NCBI GenBank assembly: GCA_038087875.1
Contig: CM075977.1
Location: 111,290,001-111,354,000, forward strand
Direction: 5' to 3'
Length of the DNA: 64,000 nt
From: Malacoraja senta
Taxonomy: Eukaryota
The position numbers and the translations under genes were made by a program. The notes under the pieces were generated by a model. It was not told the origin of the DNA. It was given only the letters and a program-made list of their open reading frames with translations, and ran no database searches. This document shows positions 13,044-25,486 of this stretch, one piece after another (position 1 is the stretch's first letter; the number at the start of each line of letters is the position of its first letter).

Positions 13044-13903
13044 CTGCGGACACCACAAGACCAATCAGAACAAGCCTCGGTAATTTGTACCAAAAGACCA
13101 TTTCTGACACCTCCATTCACAGCCGTCATTTAAATATGTGAAGTGATTCGGACGTAGATTTGAACGGTATTCTCCAGAGGGGAGACGTTATTGTCAATGT
13201 CAGCGTTTGACAACTAAATTTGAGGTGGACTTCAAAATGCGAAACAGGTGATTAACTTAACAGGGGACACGTATATTGGTCGTTGTGTTGACAGTGAGGA
13301 AGATTGTCTGACCTGCAGCAAGGTATGGTATTGGTTTATTATCGTCACCTTGACACAGATACGAGGAAAAAAACGTTGTTTCGTGTGTCATCCAGAAATA
13401 TTATTCCGTAGACCCAAGCTGTGCAGAATATAGTCTTACAGAGAAAGGGCAGAGGGCAAGGTAGACTGGAGGATCGGGAATACATTCTTATCTTTTGAGG
13501 GGTTTCTCAAAGCGTCTGAGCGGGTAAGAAACTGTTCTTCCATCTGTAGGTACATGATGCACCTGAACCATGTATTGCCAACGCATCAGGGGTACCACGG
13601 TGGCGCAGTTGAAGAGATGCTGCCTTGCAGCGCAGAGTCCCGGGTTCGATCCTGATTACGGGTGCTGTCTGTGAGCATTTTCCACGTGCTCCCCGCGACC
13701 GCATGGTTTTTGTCCCTCCCATATCCCAAAGACGTGCAGGTTTGTAGGATAATTGTCCTCTGCAAACGCCCCCTATAGTGCAGGATAGAACTAGTGCATG
13801 GATGATTGATGGTTGGCGCGGCCTAGGAAGCCTCGCATTTTTCAATCACACCCCAAAGGCAATTGAGTTTATATTCCAGGCATAGAAAAGCAATATTACA
13901 TAC

Positions 13904-14003
13904 CTGAGTTTCTCACGGTAGAAGATAACACACATCACTAAAAGGTAAAGGGTTTTCAATCCTAGAGGGATCCACAGGATCAGAACTATGTAATTCTGTG
14001 TGA
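13904..14003 (-). pseudogene. Copy A: transmembrane exon with central Lys
   Basis: CTCCTCAG| ... |GTATGT. (V)TQNYIVLILWIPLGLKTLYLLVMCVIFYREKL. 100 nt, phase 1 to 2. Confidence 0.85.
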
Positions 14004-15325
14004 CTGAGGAGAGAGTGAGAGAGGTCAGAGTGGTCACTGGGAAAGGGGCGCGATCGACAATGTACAAATGGTGTATGCTTCACTAAGATCACCTCTCATT
14101 CTCTACACTCTGGAGAATACAGGTATAATCTGCTCGAGCAAATAACAGACTGCTGACAACGCTCAGGAAGTCAGGCAACTGTAGAAGGAAATCCAAAGAC
14201 GTCGTTTTGTCCGGGAATCCTTCCAGTTTTGAGGCAAGGTCTCGATTTGAATTGTCATCCGCTAATTTCCTTCCAGATATGCTACCTGGCCTATCCAGTT
14301 CCCCCAGTAGCTTTTTTCTACTCAATGTTCCTGTACCTGCATTCCCCAGGGTCTCTGGTCTACTCAATCTCCCCTGATCTTCAATCAATCTGCCCCTCTG
14401 GGAAACAGTGACGGAATCTACACTACACTCCCTCCACACTAATCGTGGCTATATTGTAGTTAAGAAGACCAAAGTCCGACTCAGTACTGCAGGTGAGGTC
14501 TCGCTAGATCCTTATATAACTGCGGTAAAACATGCCAACCCTTGAATATAAATCCTCTCTTGATAAAACCTGACCAACTATTGCCTTTCTCCACTCTTCC
14601 ACATCAGTACATCATCCTTCATTGCATGAGAACAAGCGCACTCAGGTCCTTTTGAACATCCACACCACCCGATCTCTCAACATTTAATAAACACTCTGGT
14701 TTTATGTTTAGTTCACCCATGTGGATAATTTGACATTTCGCCACATTTTATTCCACATTATGATCCCACCCACTCGTTCAGCTTGTCCACCTTCCCCGAA
14801 TCTCCGCGTCCTCCTGCCCTCTCACAGTTCCAAGGCACGTCCATCATCATCAATCCTGACAAATGCCCCCCCCCCTCGACTCAACCAACTCACTGATGCA
14901 GACTGTGAATAGCTGAGACCAAGAACCAATCTCCGAAGTGCCTCACCAGCCGCAGACTCTCAACATGACAGAGATCCAGATATTTCATTCTACATTCTGC
15001 TCGATAACCCCGACAGTGCGTTGACTTAATGCCGCCTTCTCGCATCTGATTCCCCAAACTCATGGCTGGGACCCAACCTAGATCCTTCTGAGAATCCAAA
15101 CGTACCACAGCACCTTGTTCCCTCTCGGGCATTCAACTCCTCACCTCGCTAAAGGACTCCAATACATTGATCAACTGTGGTTGACTTATCTCTGGAGTTG
15201 TTTCTGACCCTCCAGATGCGAGGCTGCGCCCACTGAGTGCTGAGAGACAGGGTTTCCTGTTCCTGCTCTCCTCCCTCCCTCTGCACCTTCGCTCTACACG
15301 GCAGAATGTGGCGATGGTTCCTTAC

Positions 15326-15733
15326 CGGGTGTGACCCGCAGCTGGACCTCACGCTGTTACTGATGGGTGTACGGGGGGTGTACGCTCTTCCTGAACCCTT
15401 CTCTGACGTCCTTTCTCGGATCGTAGTTTCCCGGTTTGCTGAACTCCACCAGACACAGGTAGCCGTCACTGTCCTCCACGCTCAGCTGCTTTATCCTGGT
15501 TGAGGCGTTTCCCAGATCTGGGTCCCCGACGAGCTCGAACCGAGTTGTTCCGTTCTCCGCCGCCCAGGATCCATCAGTTTGAGGTCTGAACGTGACGATG
15601 TGTCGGTAGGGATCCTTCCTCATCCATGTGACCGCGAGGGCGCTGCGGTGATGCTGGGATTACCAATACACACAGGGTAACATGGACGAACCCCCCTCAG
15701 TCCCAGTCACCACAGAGACATTCCCGCCGGGAG
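15326..15733 (-). pseudogene. Copy A: second V-set Ig exon with two premature stops
   Basis: 408 nt, AG/GT flanked. LPCVYW*...W...RFELVGDPDLGNAS...DSDGYLCLVEF. TAA at 15660-15662 and 15357-15359 where the paralogs have Gln and Tyr. Confidence 0.9.
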
Positions 15734-16888
15734 CTGAGGGAAGGATAGACACCGGAATGTATCAGCGTTCTGTGGATGAATCGTCTTTTACCGACCTCTC
15801 CCCGTGGGAGTGGGTGGAGGCGGGGCCCAGTGTGGAGCTGAGAGAGACGGTCATAGGGAAGGTGGGTCAGAGGGCGCCGGGGACGAGGGCGGATTCAAGG
15901 GTGGCTCCGGATCAGGGGTCATTGGTCGCCTCTGACAGCGCGGCTCTCGATCGGCGCTGCCCTGAGAGCGAGAGAGTGAGCGACAGCGAACGCGCGCCTC
16001 CCCGGATCCCAACACTGTTCTCCACGGGGAATATTCAATGTGTGAAGCGGTTAAACTCCACACCGAGAGGGAGACCCGCCCACAGGGGATTGGGCACCGA
16101 CACCACCTTTACTACTGGGCACCTCCGTTTCCATTAATAGTTGGAGAACAATTCCAACAAGGTGAATACCATCTTCCTATTTCTCGGTTTACACAATCCA
16201 CCTGTATTTGACTGTCGACCGGAGCCGGCGTCTCGTCTACTCCAGGAGCGCACTGCCCATACGGATCAACTGGAGAGGAATCAGGAGCAGGAAATCCCGC
16301 CCTTCAGACCCCCACCCACCACCACCCACCCGACCCCACGCGGCTATTGTTCTCGCCCAGCAGTGCGGTTGCGAGTGTTCTCCGTCTTGGCCCTGCTTTA
16401 GGACCGGCTCGCCGTCCGCGGATCTAACGACAGGACCCTCGCCGCAAGAACGAAGAGGGACCCGGGAGCAACCGCCGAGAGGAAGATGGGCCGTCGGATA
16501 GTGAGGAGGGTCGTCTGATAGTGTGGAGGGTCGTCGGAGAGTTTGGAGGGCCGTCGGGGGCGAGGAGGGCAGCAGAGAATGACAGTGAGAGGGAGGTGGG
16601 GCCGATGCCACGAGCGGCGGCAGGCATTTGTGAGAACTGCGGTGAATCATTGCAGCTGTCGGCGCCAAAACGTGGCGACACTTGTGTACTGCCAAGGTGA
16701 GGTCTGCTACATGATTTTTCACGGTTGTCTGCAAAACAAAGTATTTCACTGTACCTAGGTACGTGTGAGAATACAGTATCTTTGAGTCATTGAATTGAAC
16801 CATCAACATGTATTAATCAGTATTGTACCGGGGGAACCCGGGGTCCGTGAGCTCTGGGGCAGCAAAAGTCTCCGAACATTGTTCTCAC

Positions 16889-17257
16889 CTTCCACAGTCA
16901 GCCGCGTTGGTATCACAGAGTGCCAATTCCCAACACTGAGCTCCAGGTGACACCGGTACCTATTATTGTCCTCCCATCTCAGTGGCTCCACCATTATCGA
17001 GGCATCTCCCTCTCTGAGGTTCCCCACGAATTTGAAACGACCTCCTCCGGCCTTCTGTGTCACTTCATCGCATCGGGGGCGGCCGGGACTGGGATATGTG
17101 CATTTAAACATAAGGCTGTGATGCGCTGATGCCATCTTGTGCCACAGCACGGTGCCGTTGAGGATGTGGATTAATGTACACGGCAACACAGCGGAGGCCC
17201 CTTCCACGGCATACACGTCATCAGGACCGGATATTGTCGAACCATTGTACGAAAAAC
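16889..17257 (-). pseudogene. Copy A: first V-set Ig exon (Siglec-15-like), open frame, Arg to His at the F-strand ligand position, 5-codon deletion
   Basis: 369 nt versus 384 nt in C and D. AVLPCTLIH...W...FKCTYPSPGRPRC...RFKFVGNLREGDASI.VEPL..ED..YRCHLEL. Confidence 0.9.
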
Positions 17258-17680
17258 CTACAGGGAGTGAGAGAAAGAGAGAGAAAGAGAGAGAGAGAGA
17301 GAAAGAGAAATAGGGGGATAGGTTATTATTGCAACGAGTACAGGTGTGGGGTTCCAAATCCACACTGTCCCCGGGGTGTTGTCACAGGCGATGTCTTCAG
17401 ATGTCTGTGGGACAGATAGATCAACTCGGGGAGTGGGTTACAGGCTGGGATATAATAGTAAGATTAATCGAGAACTTACCAGTTTGAAGTTTGATCTTTA
17501 TTTTATGAGGAGTTACGTTGGTGATTACGTGAAGAAGACCCGTCAGGGCGCATGCGCGTCAATCTTCAAAGCAGCGGAATGAAATCACAGACAACACCAT
17601 AATTGAAGTAACATATTAAGATGAGCAACATGAGAACTACCATATGACCTTTTTTATGAGAGAGGGTTGGGCGTGGCGGG

Positions 17681-17791
17681 CACGTAATCACCAACGTAAC
17701 TCCTCATAAAATAAAGATCAAACTTCAAACTGGTAAGTTCTCGTTTAATCTTACTATTTTACTTCGGAGTCACGTGAGTGACTACGTGAAG
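17681..17791. repeat. DIRS internal complementary region (circle-junction copy)
   Basis: Reverse complement of 17457-17531 (1 mismatch), then ATT, then the reverse complement of about 23146-23178. Confidence 0.92.
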
Positions 17792-19394
17792 ATTTCAAAG
17801 CTCTGTAATGTTATGCCGCAGATCCAAATCCCGGCCTCACTGCATTGATTTTCGATGAGAAACAATCAATAATGCGTTAAACATGAAATGGTAGTATCAT
17901 GCAATAACAATTTATTTGAATAATCAAAACAAACAGTAACCCATCTCTCCCAGAGGAACTAAACATGACTTAATACTGAATCTCTCCGATCGGCGATCGG
18001 CCGATGGTAAAAATAAAAAATAAAATTCATTTGACCACCCGGCACCTATAAAATATGGCCGCTGTGAACATCCATCGTCCTAGCCGACGACATTGCTGCT
18101 GCACTAGTGGAAAACGGATGTATACACTTCAGTGTTAATACCTGCCTTAATCAACATTTGCTTTAAACCACCTTGAGATAGTCTGCACTGACACTCTCCT
18201 GTGTGGCTTCATGTAACTGATAAACAATGCTGTTTCCACATTCCTTAAGATCTTTATAGCTTTAATATAATGAAAATAAATATGCCATTACACATAAACA
18301 TGGATCAGTAGGTTATGCTGAAACACAATTTTAACAAACCTGTGACACCTGGCCTGCTCTGCTTAAGCAGTACGCAATTATATAACATAACATTCTCTTC
18401 AGCAACTTCCATCCTGTCTAACAGAAGTTTTTTCAAAATCTGCATTTGCTATGCTGAACCAATGCCAAGAGCATAACCCCTTTCATGATTAGTTTGGCAA
18501 ATTCAGAGACATGCCAGGAACCTACTGTCGAAACATCTTGCGGACCTCACTTACATCCCAGATCGCCATATACCTGGGTTTAGGAGATTTAGAGTTGAAA
18601 TTCCTTTCATCAATCCAGCTATGATATGATGAAACTCAATAGGATCTTTCCTGACCCCATTAAAATCATACGATGACAAAGCACTTAAAGCTGTATTAAT
18701 GGTGCTATAACTTAGTCCCTCATCATCATAGAGGGTCAACAGGAACTCTAAAATATCCACAATACCTGTAGTATTATAGTCAATATTATCTTGTACACAA
18801 TATTGCTCCCATTTTTTTACATAAGTAATATACCCCTTTTGAGTACTTTCTCCAGGCTACAGTGAGCATGTCCACCGTAAACCCAGACATCCTTACTCCA
18901 GGTATGGCCTTCTTAAAACCTGCAAATTAACAAGTCAATTCAATCACATAACAGATGACTTTCCCGTGTTAGCGGATGCTCCAGTCAATTCCTAAGCTTG
19001 GGAACCACCAAAAAGAGGTTGGATCCCTAACTGTAACATCAAAGGGAAACCATGCTTGATTCGGCCAATTAGGTATTACAAGCACCCCCAAAGTGGCATC
19101 CTGCTTGATTTCTTGCAGACTCCGATGTATTAGGCAAAATGGTAGGGGAAAAAAAACAAAACCCATACCACCTCAATGTCAAAGTATTAATTGCAACTGC
19201 CACCTGGTCTGGTTCTCATGAAACCTATTTACGCATCTGATGGTTGACCTTGACGCAAAATAAATCGATTTCTGGCATTCATACACAAGTACTATATTAT
19301 TGAACACCTTCTTGTTGAACATTCAATCTATGTTGTCATGGAAAGTTCGTGACTTGGCGTCTGCTACTATGTAGAATCTACCTGGTACTATGTA

Positions 19395-20346
19395 GAATCT
19401 ACCTGGCACAAGGAACTGTGCTGGCTCCATTCCTGTTTACCATCTACACAGCGGATGCCCAATATAACACCAACAGCTGCTTTTTGCAGAAATTTTCGGA
19501 TGACACAGCTGTTGTCGGCCTCATTAAAGGGGGCAATGAGGAGGAGTATAGAGACATAATAAGTAACTTTGTGGAGTGGAGTGCACACAATAACCTCCAT
19601 CTTAACACCACAAAAACCAAGGAGATAGTTGTGGACTTCAGGAGGGGGAGGAGGAGGACTCAAGCAACACCAATCACCATTAAGGGCACTGAGGTGGAGG
19701 TGGTCGCTAACCACAGGTACCTTGGTGTGCAGCTTGACAGTGAGCTGGACTGGAAGTGTCATATGGAGGCGGTGTACAGGAAGGGACAAAGCCGACTGTA
19801 TTTTTTAAGGAGGCTGAGGTCATTTAACATCTGCCAACCCCTACTGTGCAGTGTCTACCATTCAGTGGTGGCCAGTGCTCTGTTTTTTGCTGTGGCCTGT
19901 TGGGGAGATTGCGCCCGCATAGCGGACTAAAACAGACTGGATAAGCTGATCAGGAAGGCCGGCTCAGTGGTCGGGGCTGAGCAACGAACGGTCCAGCAGG
20001 TGGCAGAGGCCAGAACTCTGAACAAACTGGGTTCTATAATGACCAACCCCACTCACCCACTCCATGCCCTGAAGGTGATCAAGAGCAGCATCTTCAGTCA
20101 GAGACTGATTGCACCAATGTGCAAAACTGAGAGGCATAGGAAGTCCTGTTTACCAGCTGCTATAAGGTTATATAATGCGCATAAATAACTGTATTTTAAT
20201 TTTAACTTGTATTTTAACTTGTATTTTAACTTGTTAAGTATGGAAGCTATTTGAGGAAACGTGTGGTGTTATGTCTGTCTTGAATCTGTCGTGGCACTGT
20301 AATTTCCTGTAAAGGATTATTAAAGGTATATCTTATCTTATCTTAT
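19395..20346 (+). mobile_element. 5'-truncated Rex1/Babar non-LTR element nested in the DIRS
   Basis: QGTVLAPFLFTIYTAD, QKFSDDTAVVGLI, LNTTKTKEIVVDFRR, RLYFLRRLRSF. (TCTTA)3 tail. Confidence 0.88.
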
Positions 20347-21296
20347 ATAAATAGCTGAAATATCTTTTCCAATGCACCAGGCCCAAATTTGATTAGCCAA
20401 TCTGTCACAAAATACCCACTTGATTCCACCGATGTGATTAATATATATGCCACTTGCGTAGTATTGTCAATCTGAAACTGAACATGCAGATACATTTGTT
20501 AGAGCAATAAGCCTTGTCCTTAAAACCTCTTAATAGTTAATTGCCCATGTCTGCAGAAGCGATGCCTCTTGCTCAGTCCATCTGCCTCCACAGTTGAAAC
20601 TTGTATCCGTGACACCCCACCCGAGTGCACTGACATTCATCTGCAAAATCATGGAAGGCTGGTCAAGCATTACCTTGCTATAATTCCTGGACACATGGTG
20701 AAACCATTGCAAATTAGCATAGTCTTTACTGATAACTGCATAGGTCTATTATAACCATATAACCATAACAGCACGGAAACAGGCCATCTCGGCCCTTCAA
20801 GTCCGTGCCGAACTTGTACTATAATGACCCGAATGTATCCTTAATGCCTCAATTAGCTTGATACAGCTGTCAATTAGCTCTACCCTTTTCCCCTGGGCAG
20901 AGCACTTAATTGAATCAATTGTGACCCAAATAGTCAGGTATTAATTTGGATTTCTCTGGATGGATCAGCAATCAGCGACTGAGCAGCAATTTTAGAGGCA
21001 AACGCCCACTGCTTACCCTCATGCATTCAGCATTGGATCCCGGCACATAGCCATGTTTGGATTCCTGTTTGGAGTTAATCCATACTAACCTTAGACACTC
21101 TTTTAGAGTGGGACTTATCGAAGCTGAAGCAGGTATCACTATCCATCTCCTCCATTTGCTTGTACATGCCTCTGTACCAAGCATGTTGTTCGACTCCATT
21201 CCCCACAATCATATCACATATGTGTGTGGCTCCATCTTCATCCACTATACATCCACGTGGGAGAACTTATGGATCCTGCAACAGCAGCTGCCCCAG

Positions 21297-21650
21297 GCAT
21301 GTGTGCATGTATTTTAGCACCATCTCGACCACTACGGAGAAACCGAGTGGGAGTAATGGCAGCCCTGCAAACAGGTGTTGCTTCAGGCCCATGTGCATAC
21401 TCCTGTAGCACTCTCTCGACCACTCCGCCATTTGAGTGGGAGAAATTTTGGCAACCCTTTACTAGGCGTCACCTTAGGCATGTGTGCATGTATTTTAGCA
21501 CTATCTCGACCACTGTGGTGCACCAAGTGGGAGGAATGGCAACCCTACAAACAGATGTTGCTTCAGGCACATGTGCATCCTCCTGTAGCACTCTCTCGAC
21601 CACTCCGACCCTTGAGTGGGGACTTTTGCAACCCTTTACTAGGTGTTGCT
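21297..21650. repeat. Diverged tandem duplication (2 x about 180 bp) inside the DIRS
   Basis: GGCATGTGTGCATGTATTTTAGCAC...GCAACCCTTTACTAGG occurs twice, starting at about 21297 and about 21477. Confidence 0.8.
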
Positions 21651-24138
21651 GCCTGACATCCCTTACGATGGAGCGTTCTTGAATTGCAACAAGACGCAAT
21701 GTTGTCTGACCTTGATACCCCTGGCTTGGCACTCACTCTGAGTTGGGGTTATCAGGTCACTGCCTACAGCAGCCGCCAGGACTAGCCATGCAATTCGATA
21801 CTCTGTTGGTATCCTGCTTCCCCAAACAGGCTGCACGTGCTAGTGACTCCAAATCGTGCTCCTTCCCGATGCCAACGCCGTCGAAAGGGAAGAATTGGAG
21901 CGCCTCTGGCCCCCGTACATCAGACATGGTGGGAAATGCTGGAACAAACTTAACAATTATTTGTCATAGCCAAAGACATTTATGTGAATGAAGACGCCCA
22001 TCCCAGTTAAACATGGGCTTTATTTACTTTTACTATGAGTAAACTGGCGTCTTGGGGAAGAAACCGTGCACAGTCCCTTTTAATGAGCAGCAATTACTAT
22101 GACGCCACCTGGTGTAACTCCCACAGGTGACTGATAATACAGCTGTACAAGGCTTCCCATTTCCTTAATTGAATCAATGATAATCATCTATCTCAGTATA
22201 ATAGTCACAATGTGACCAAGTGGTAACTATAATGTCTACCCTTTTGAACGCTTCTCAAAATTGCGTTCGTCTTTAATTTGGAGGGCAACCTGAAACCTCC
22301 TCAGAAGTAGCAGAAATTGCTACTTTTTAACCTCGACACATAAGGATGATAAACCACTAACCTCTCTTCCTGAGTTGGGGTTGGAGTCAGCCACACACTG
22401 ACCCTTTGTACTCCTCTCCACTGAGTAATTGATAAGCAGCCCTAAGCCTTACTCCTCTCCACTGAGGACATACACATATAACAGAGGGGACCCTCCTGGC
22501 CAGGCTCCTCATATTTCAAACAAATATGAGCTGCCAAAGTCTGGTCCTTCCTCAATGAGCCGGTAGTAACCCGACGACCATGCTCAGTCTGCACCCCCCC
22601 TCGGGAGTCGCTGACCTTACTGTCAGCGACTCTCTCAAGAAGTCCGACTTTACCGCGGACCGTAGCCGGTATCCCCGCGGTCTAGAGAACCCCGCAGCCA
22701 CTATTTTAAACATTTCGTTGGAGTCGCTGACCTGCCTGTCAGCGACTGGAAACAGCAAGCCTAACAGCCACCTCTATGGTGACCGCAGCTTGCTTCAACC
22801 CGCGGTCTATAAAAAACCCGCGGCCCCAATTAACCTCGGGAGTCGCGGACCGTTCTGTCCGCGACTCAACCAGCAAAACCCACCGGCAGCTTGCTACCGC
22901 ACTCCCGCGGTCCGAAGCCGACATCCCCGCGGTCCACAATTTCTCCGCGGTCCACTGGGTTCTGCTGAATTTTTCCATGTCGAGCAGGAACCTGGGAAAA
23001 TGATTCCTGCAATGGACAACCTGAAAAATAAGTTTAAACTTACCTGCAGGATTTTTTAAACTTACTGCTGGAGAACTGTGTTTCTCCCAGCCTGTCTGCG
23101 CCAATGCGACCGACGTAATGACGCGCATGCGCCCTGACGGGTCTTCTTCACGTAGTCACTCACGTGACTCCGAAGTAAAATCAACTGTTCATGGGTGTGT
23201 AATTCGCGTCTGTTGGTTTTTATAATGTTGCTGATTTAATTTCTGGGGAGAGGAAATGTTTGGACATTTTGCAGGGCCGGAGACGGAGATGGATTTTTTG
23301 GATTCCCTTACTGTCACATAATAGATACAGAGTGGAGATGGCCATTCGGCCCAACGGTTCTATACTGACTCCATGTAACATCAATCCAGCAAGTGGACGT
23401 CTCCATATTCTCAACACAGGGCCCTGCAAATTCCTTACTTTCACATACGGTCGGTTAAATCTGCCCGTCTCCACCCCCGCTCCCCCCTCTCTCCCCTCTC
23501 CCCCCTCTCCCCCCTCTCCCCCACCCCGCTCCCGCCGCCGGCGCCTCGTCCCAATGGAACCGCTCCCTGCGAGGACTCGTATCCGCCAGCAACACACTTG
23601 GTTCTTTGGCCAATCACCCCCATTCTCAATCGTCATCTCTTCTCTGTCCACCAATGGGAACAACCTCCATGTGCGCAATGTTAAATACCTCCATTAGGTC
23701 TCCTCCCGACCTCAGTGTTCGGAGCTGGAAACCAGTCGGCCCCTCCAGCTCGCACCTCCGGAAAATAAGGTCGCGGCTGCTCTGCTGTTAATTCTCTCTC
23801 CACATCCCCGCCCGCTCTCTGTCACCTTTTCCCCTCTTGCTTATCGAGAGTCTCTGTTTTATGAATGGCCATCTCCAGACGCATTTTCCTCCATCTTAGC
23901 CGTCGCCAGATAACCTTCACCGGGGGATCGGTTGCTCACGAGGGCGCCTCACCACCACCTTCGGAAGGACACTTAGGTATAGACAATATCACCTCAATCC
24001 GCACCCGTCCCACCCACCTCACCCATTGACAGACCTCAGCCAAAGTACAAACTGCTGGAGCGCGGACCGAGTGTGAACCGGTACACTGGGAGAGATGACG
24101 AGAGAAGGAGGAGATAACAAGGTGAGTAAAACACTTAC

Positions 24139-24199
24139 TGTAACCGTGGACTGAGACGGAGAGCAGGGCGGTGCAGAGACAAACCCGGAGAGAGCACAT
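24139..24199 (-). pseudogene. Copy A: leader (signal peptide) exon
   Basis: MCSLRVCLCTALLSVSVHGY + A|GTAAGT, a phase-1 donor matching the phase-1 V exons. Confidence 0.85.
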
Positions 24200-25313
24200 C
24201 GCCAACACTTCAGTGTGGAGTCCACCTCACCCACTGCTGTGAGCTTCTTGACGCTGAAATGCGGAACTTGCTCCAAGTATTTCTGCATTTCCGGCAAAGA
24301 TTTGAGGAACTGCTATACGTACTGATAATTAGTCATTTCATACTGAGTAGGTTAGGGTCGTGAGCAAATAGCAAAGTCATGGAGGAACTAAGCGGGTTAC
24401 GCTGCATGGGACATTGTGAAGGGACATTGACAGACGGCGTCTGAATAAAGAGGTCAAGACCCGACACGTCGTTTGCCCGTTCTCCTCCACAGGCGTTGCA
24501 TGAACCGCTGATCTTTTTCTAGCAATTTGGTTTTCGCACAAGATTCCGGATCTGCATATTCCTGTCCCCAGCATTATCGCCATGCAGCGATGTAGTGCAG
24601 GAACGGGCCTTCTAACCCGACATGCGTACACTGTGCCAACAAGCATCCATCGCCATAATCCTAGTGATCCTCGAGGAATGCAAAGAACGTCAGTGAGTTT
24701 TTACATGTAACAGCACTGGTAGTCAAAATGCATGATCATCCAGATCAACTGGGAAAATATGCTAAGGAATACAAGGCCAGGCATTTAAAAAAGTAATACC
24801 AGGGTATGACTTACACTGTGAAGCACGGGGCCCTGGTGAGTGCGGTAAAACAAAGTGCCAAGGGCACACAAGTTAACATTTTCCAGAAATTGGCGTCACG
24901 GGTAGTCAGCGTAGCGAGTAAGGTGTGTGGCAGACTTAGGTAGGGTTAATGTGACCCATTCACATTAATCCTCCCTTAATCCAATTCAACCCATCAAAGG
25001 CTGTATCTCATTCCAGGGTAGCTATCATCTCGCTTTGTTTCCAAGAATATTGCGGCTGTGAACTCTGTTTCTGTGTTTTCCAGTTTGTGTGAGGAAGTGA
25101 ATGTAAAGAATGAATCATCCGTTGCCACCCTGCAATGGGAGCGACAGCTGGGCCCAGTAATGACAACCCCACAGACACTTGTTCACCAGTACCATAGTGT
25201 TATGACCTCTCTCACGGCTGTTTATTTCTAGACCCTGAAATGCAGAAGTTGCTTTCTTCATTAGCTGCAGAATGTTGAGGAGTTGCTAAACTATAAAACT
25301 AACATTAATGGCT

Positions 25314-25486
25314 CCCAGCAACACACTTGGCTCCTTTTGCCAATCACCGCCATTCTCTATCGTCATCTCTTCTCTGTCCACCAATGGGAACAATCTCCCT
25401 GTACGCAATGTTAAATCCCTCCATTAGATCTTCTCCCTACCCCATTGTTCGGAGCTGGAAACCAGTCGGCCCCTCCAGCTCGCACC
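25314..25486. repeat. Relic of intron 1 from a further, mostly deleted gene copy
   Basis: Paralogous to about 23587-23755, 42080-42252 and 57990-58160. Confidence 0.75.

Larger units (their letters stand above)
17457..23181 (-). mobile_element. DIRS1-like tyrosine-recombinase retrotransposon, degenerate coding region, in intron 1 of copy A
   Basis: Absent from paralogous introns (empty site GATATAATCAACTG). 36-bp inverted core at 17526-17561 / 23119-23154. ICR at 17681-17791. Minus-strand remnants of RNase H (LGWG...GGRWT..E...AINY), methyltransferase-like (PFCLI-RSLQ-IKQD...PNWPNQAWFP) and YR N-terminus (LEFL...GLSYSTINTALSALS). No TSD. Confidence 0.9.

Noticed and set aside
13248-13433. 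Recurrent small ORFs (MINLTGDTYIG..., also at 35204 and 62508) that look conserved
   Set aside because: They are antisense to the gene, and the identity is explained by recent segmental duplication of intronic sequence.
15326-17257. Antigen-receptor (IgNAR/TCR) V segments with RSS
   Set aside because: The exons end in GT donors after a complete G strand. No heptamer-spacer-nonamer, J or C segments were seen.
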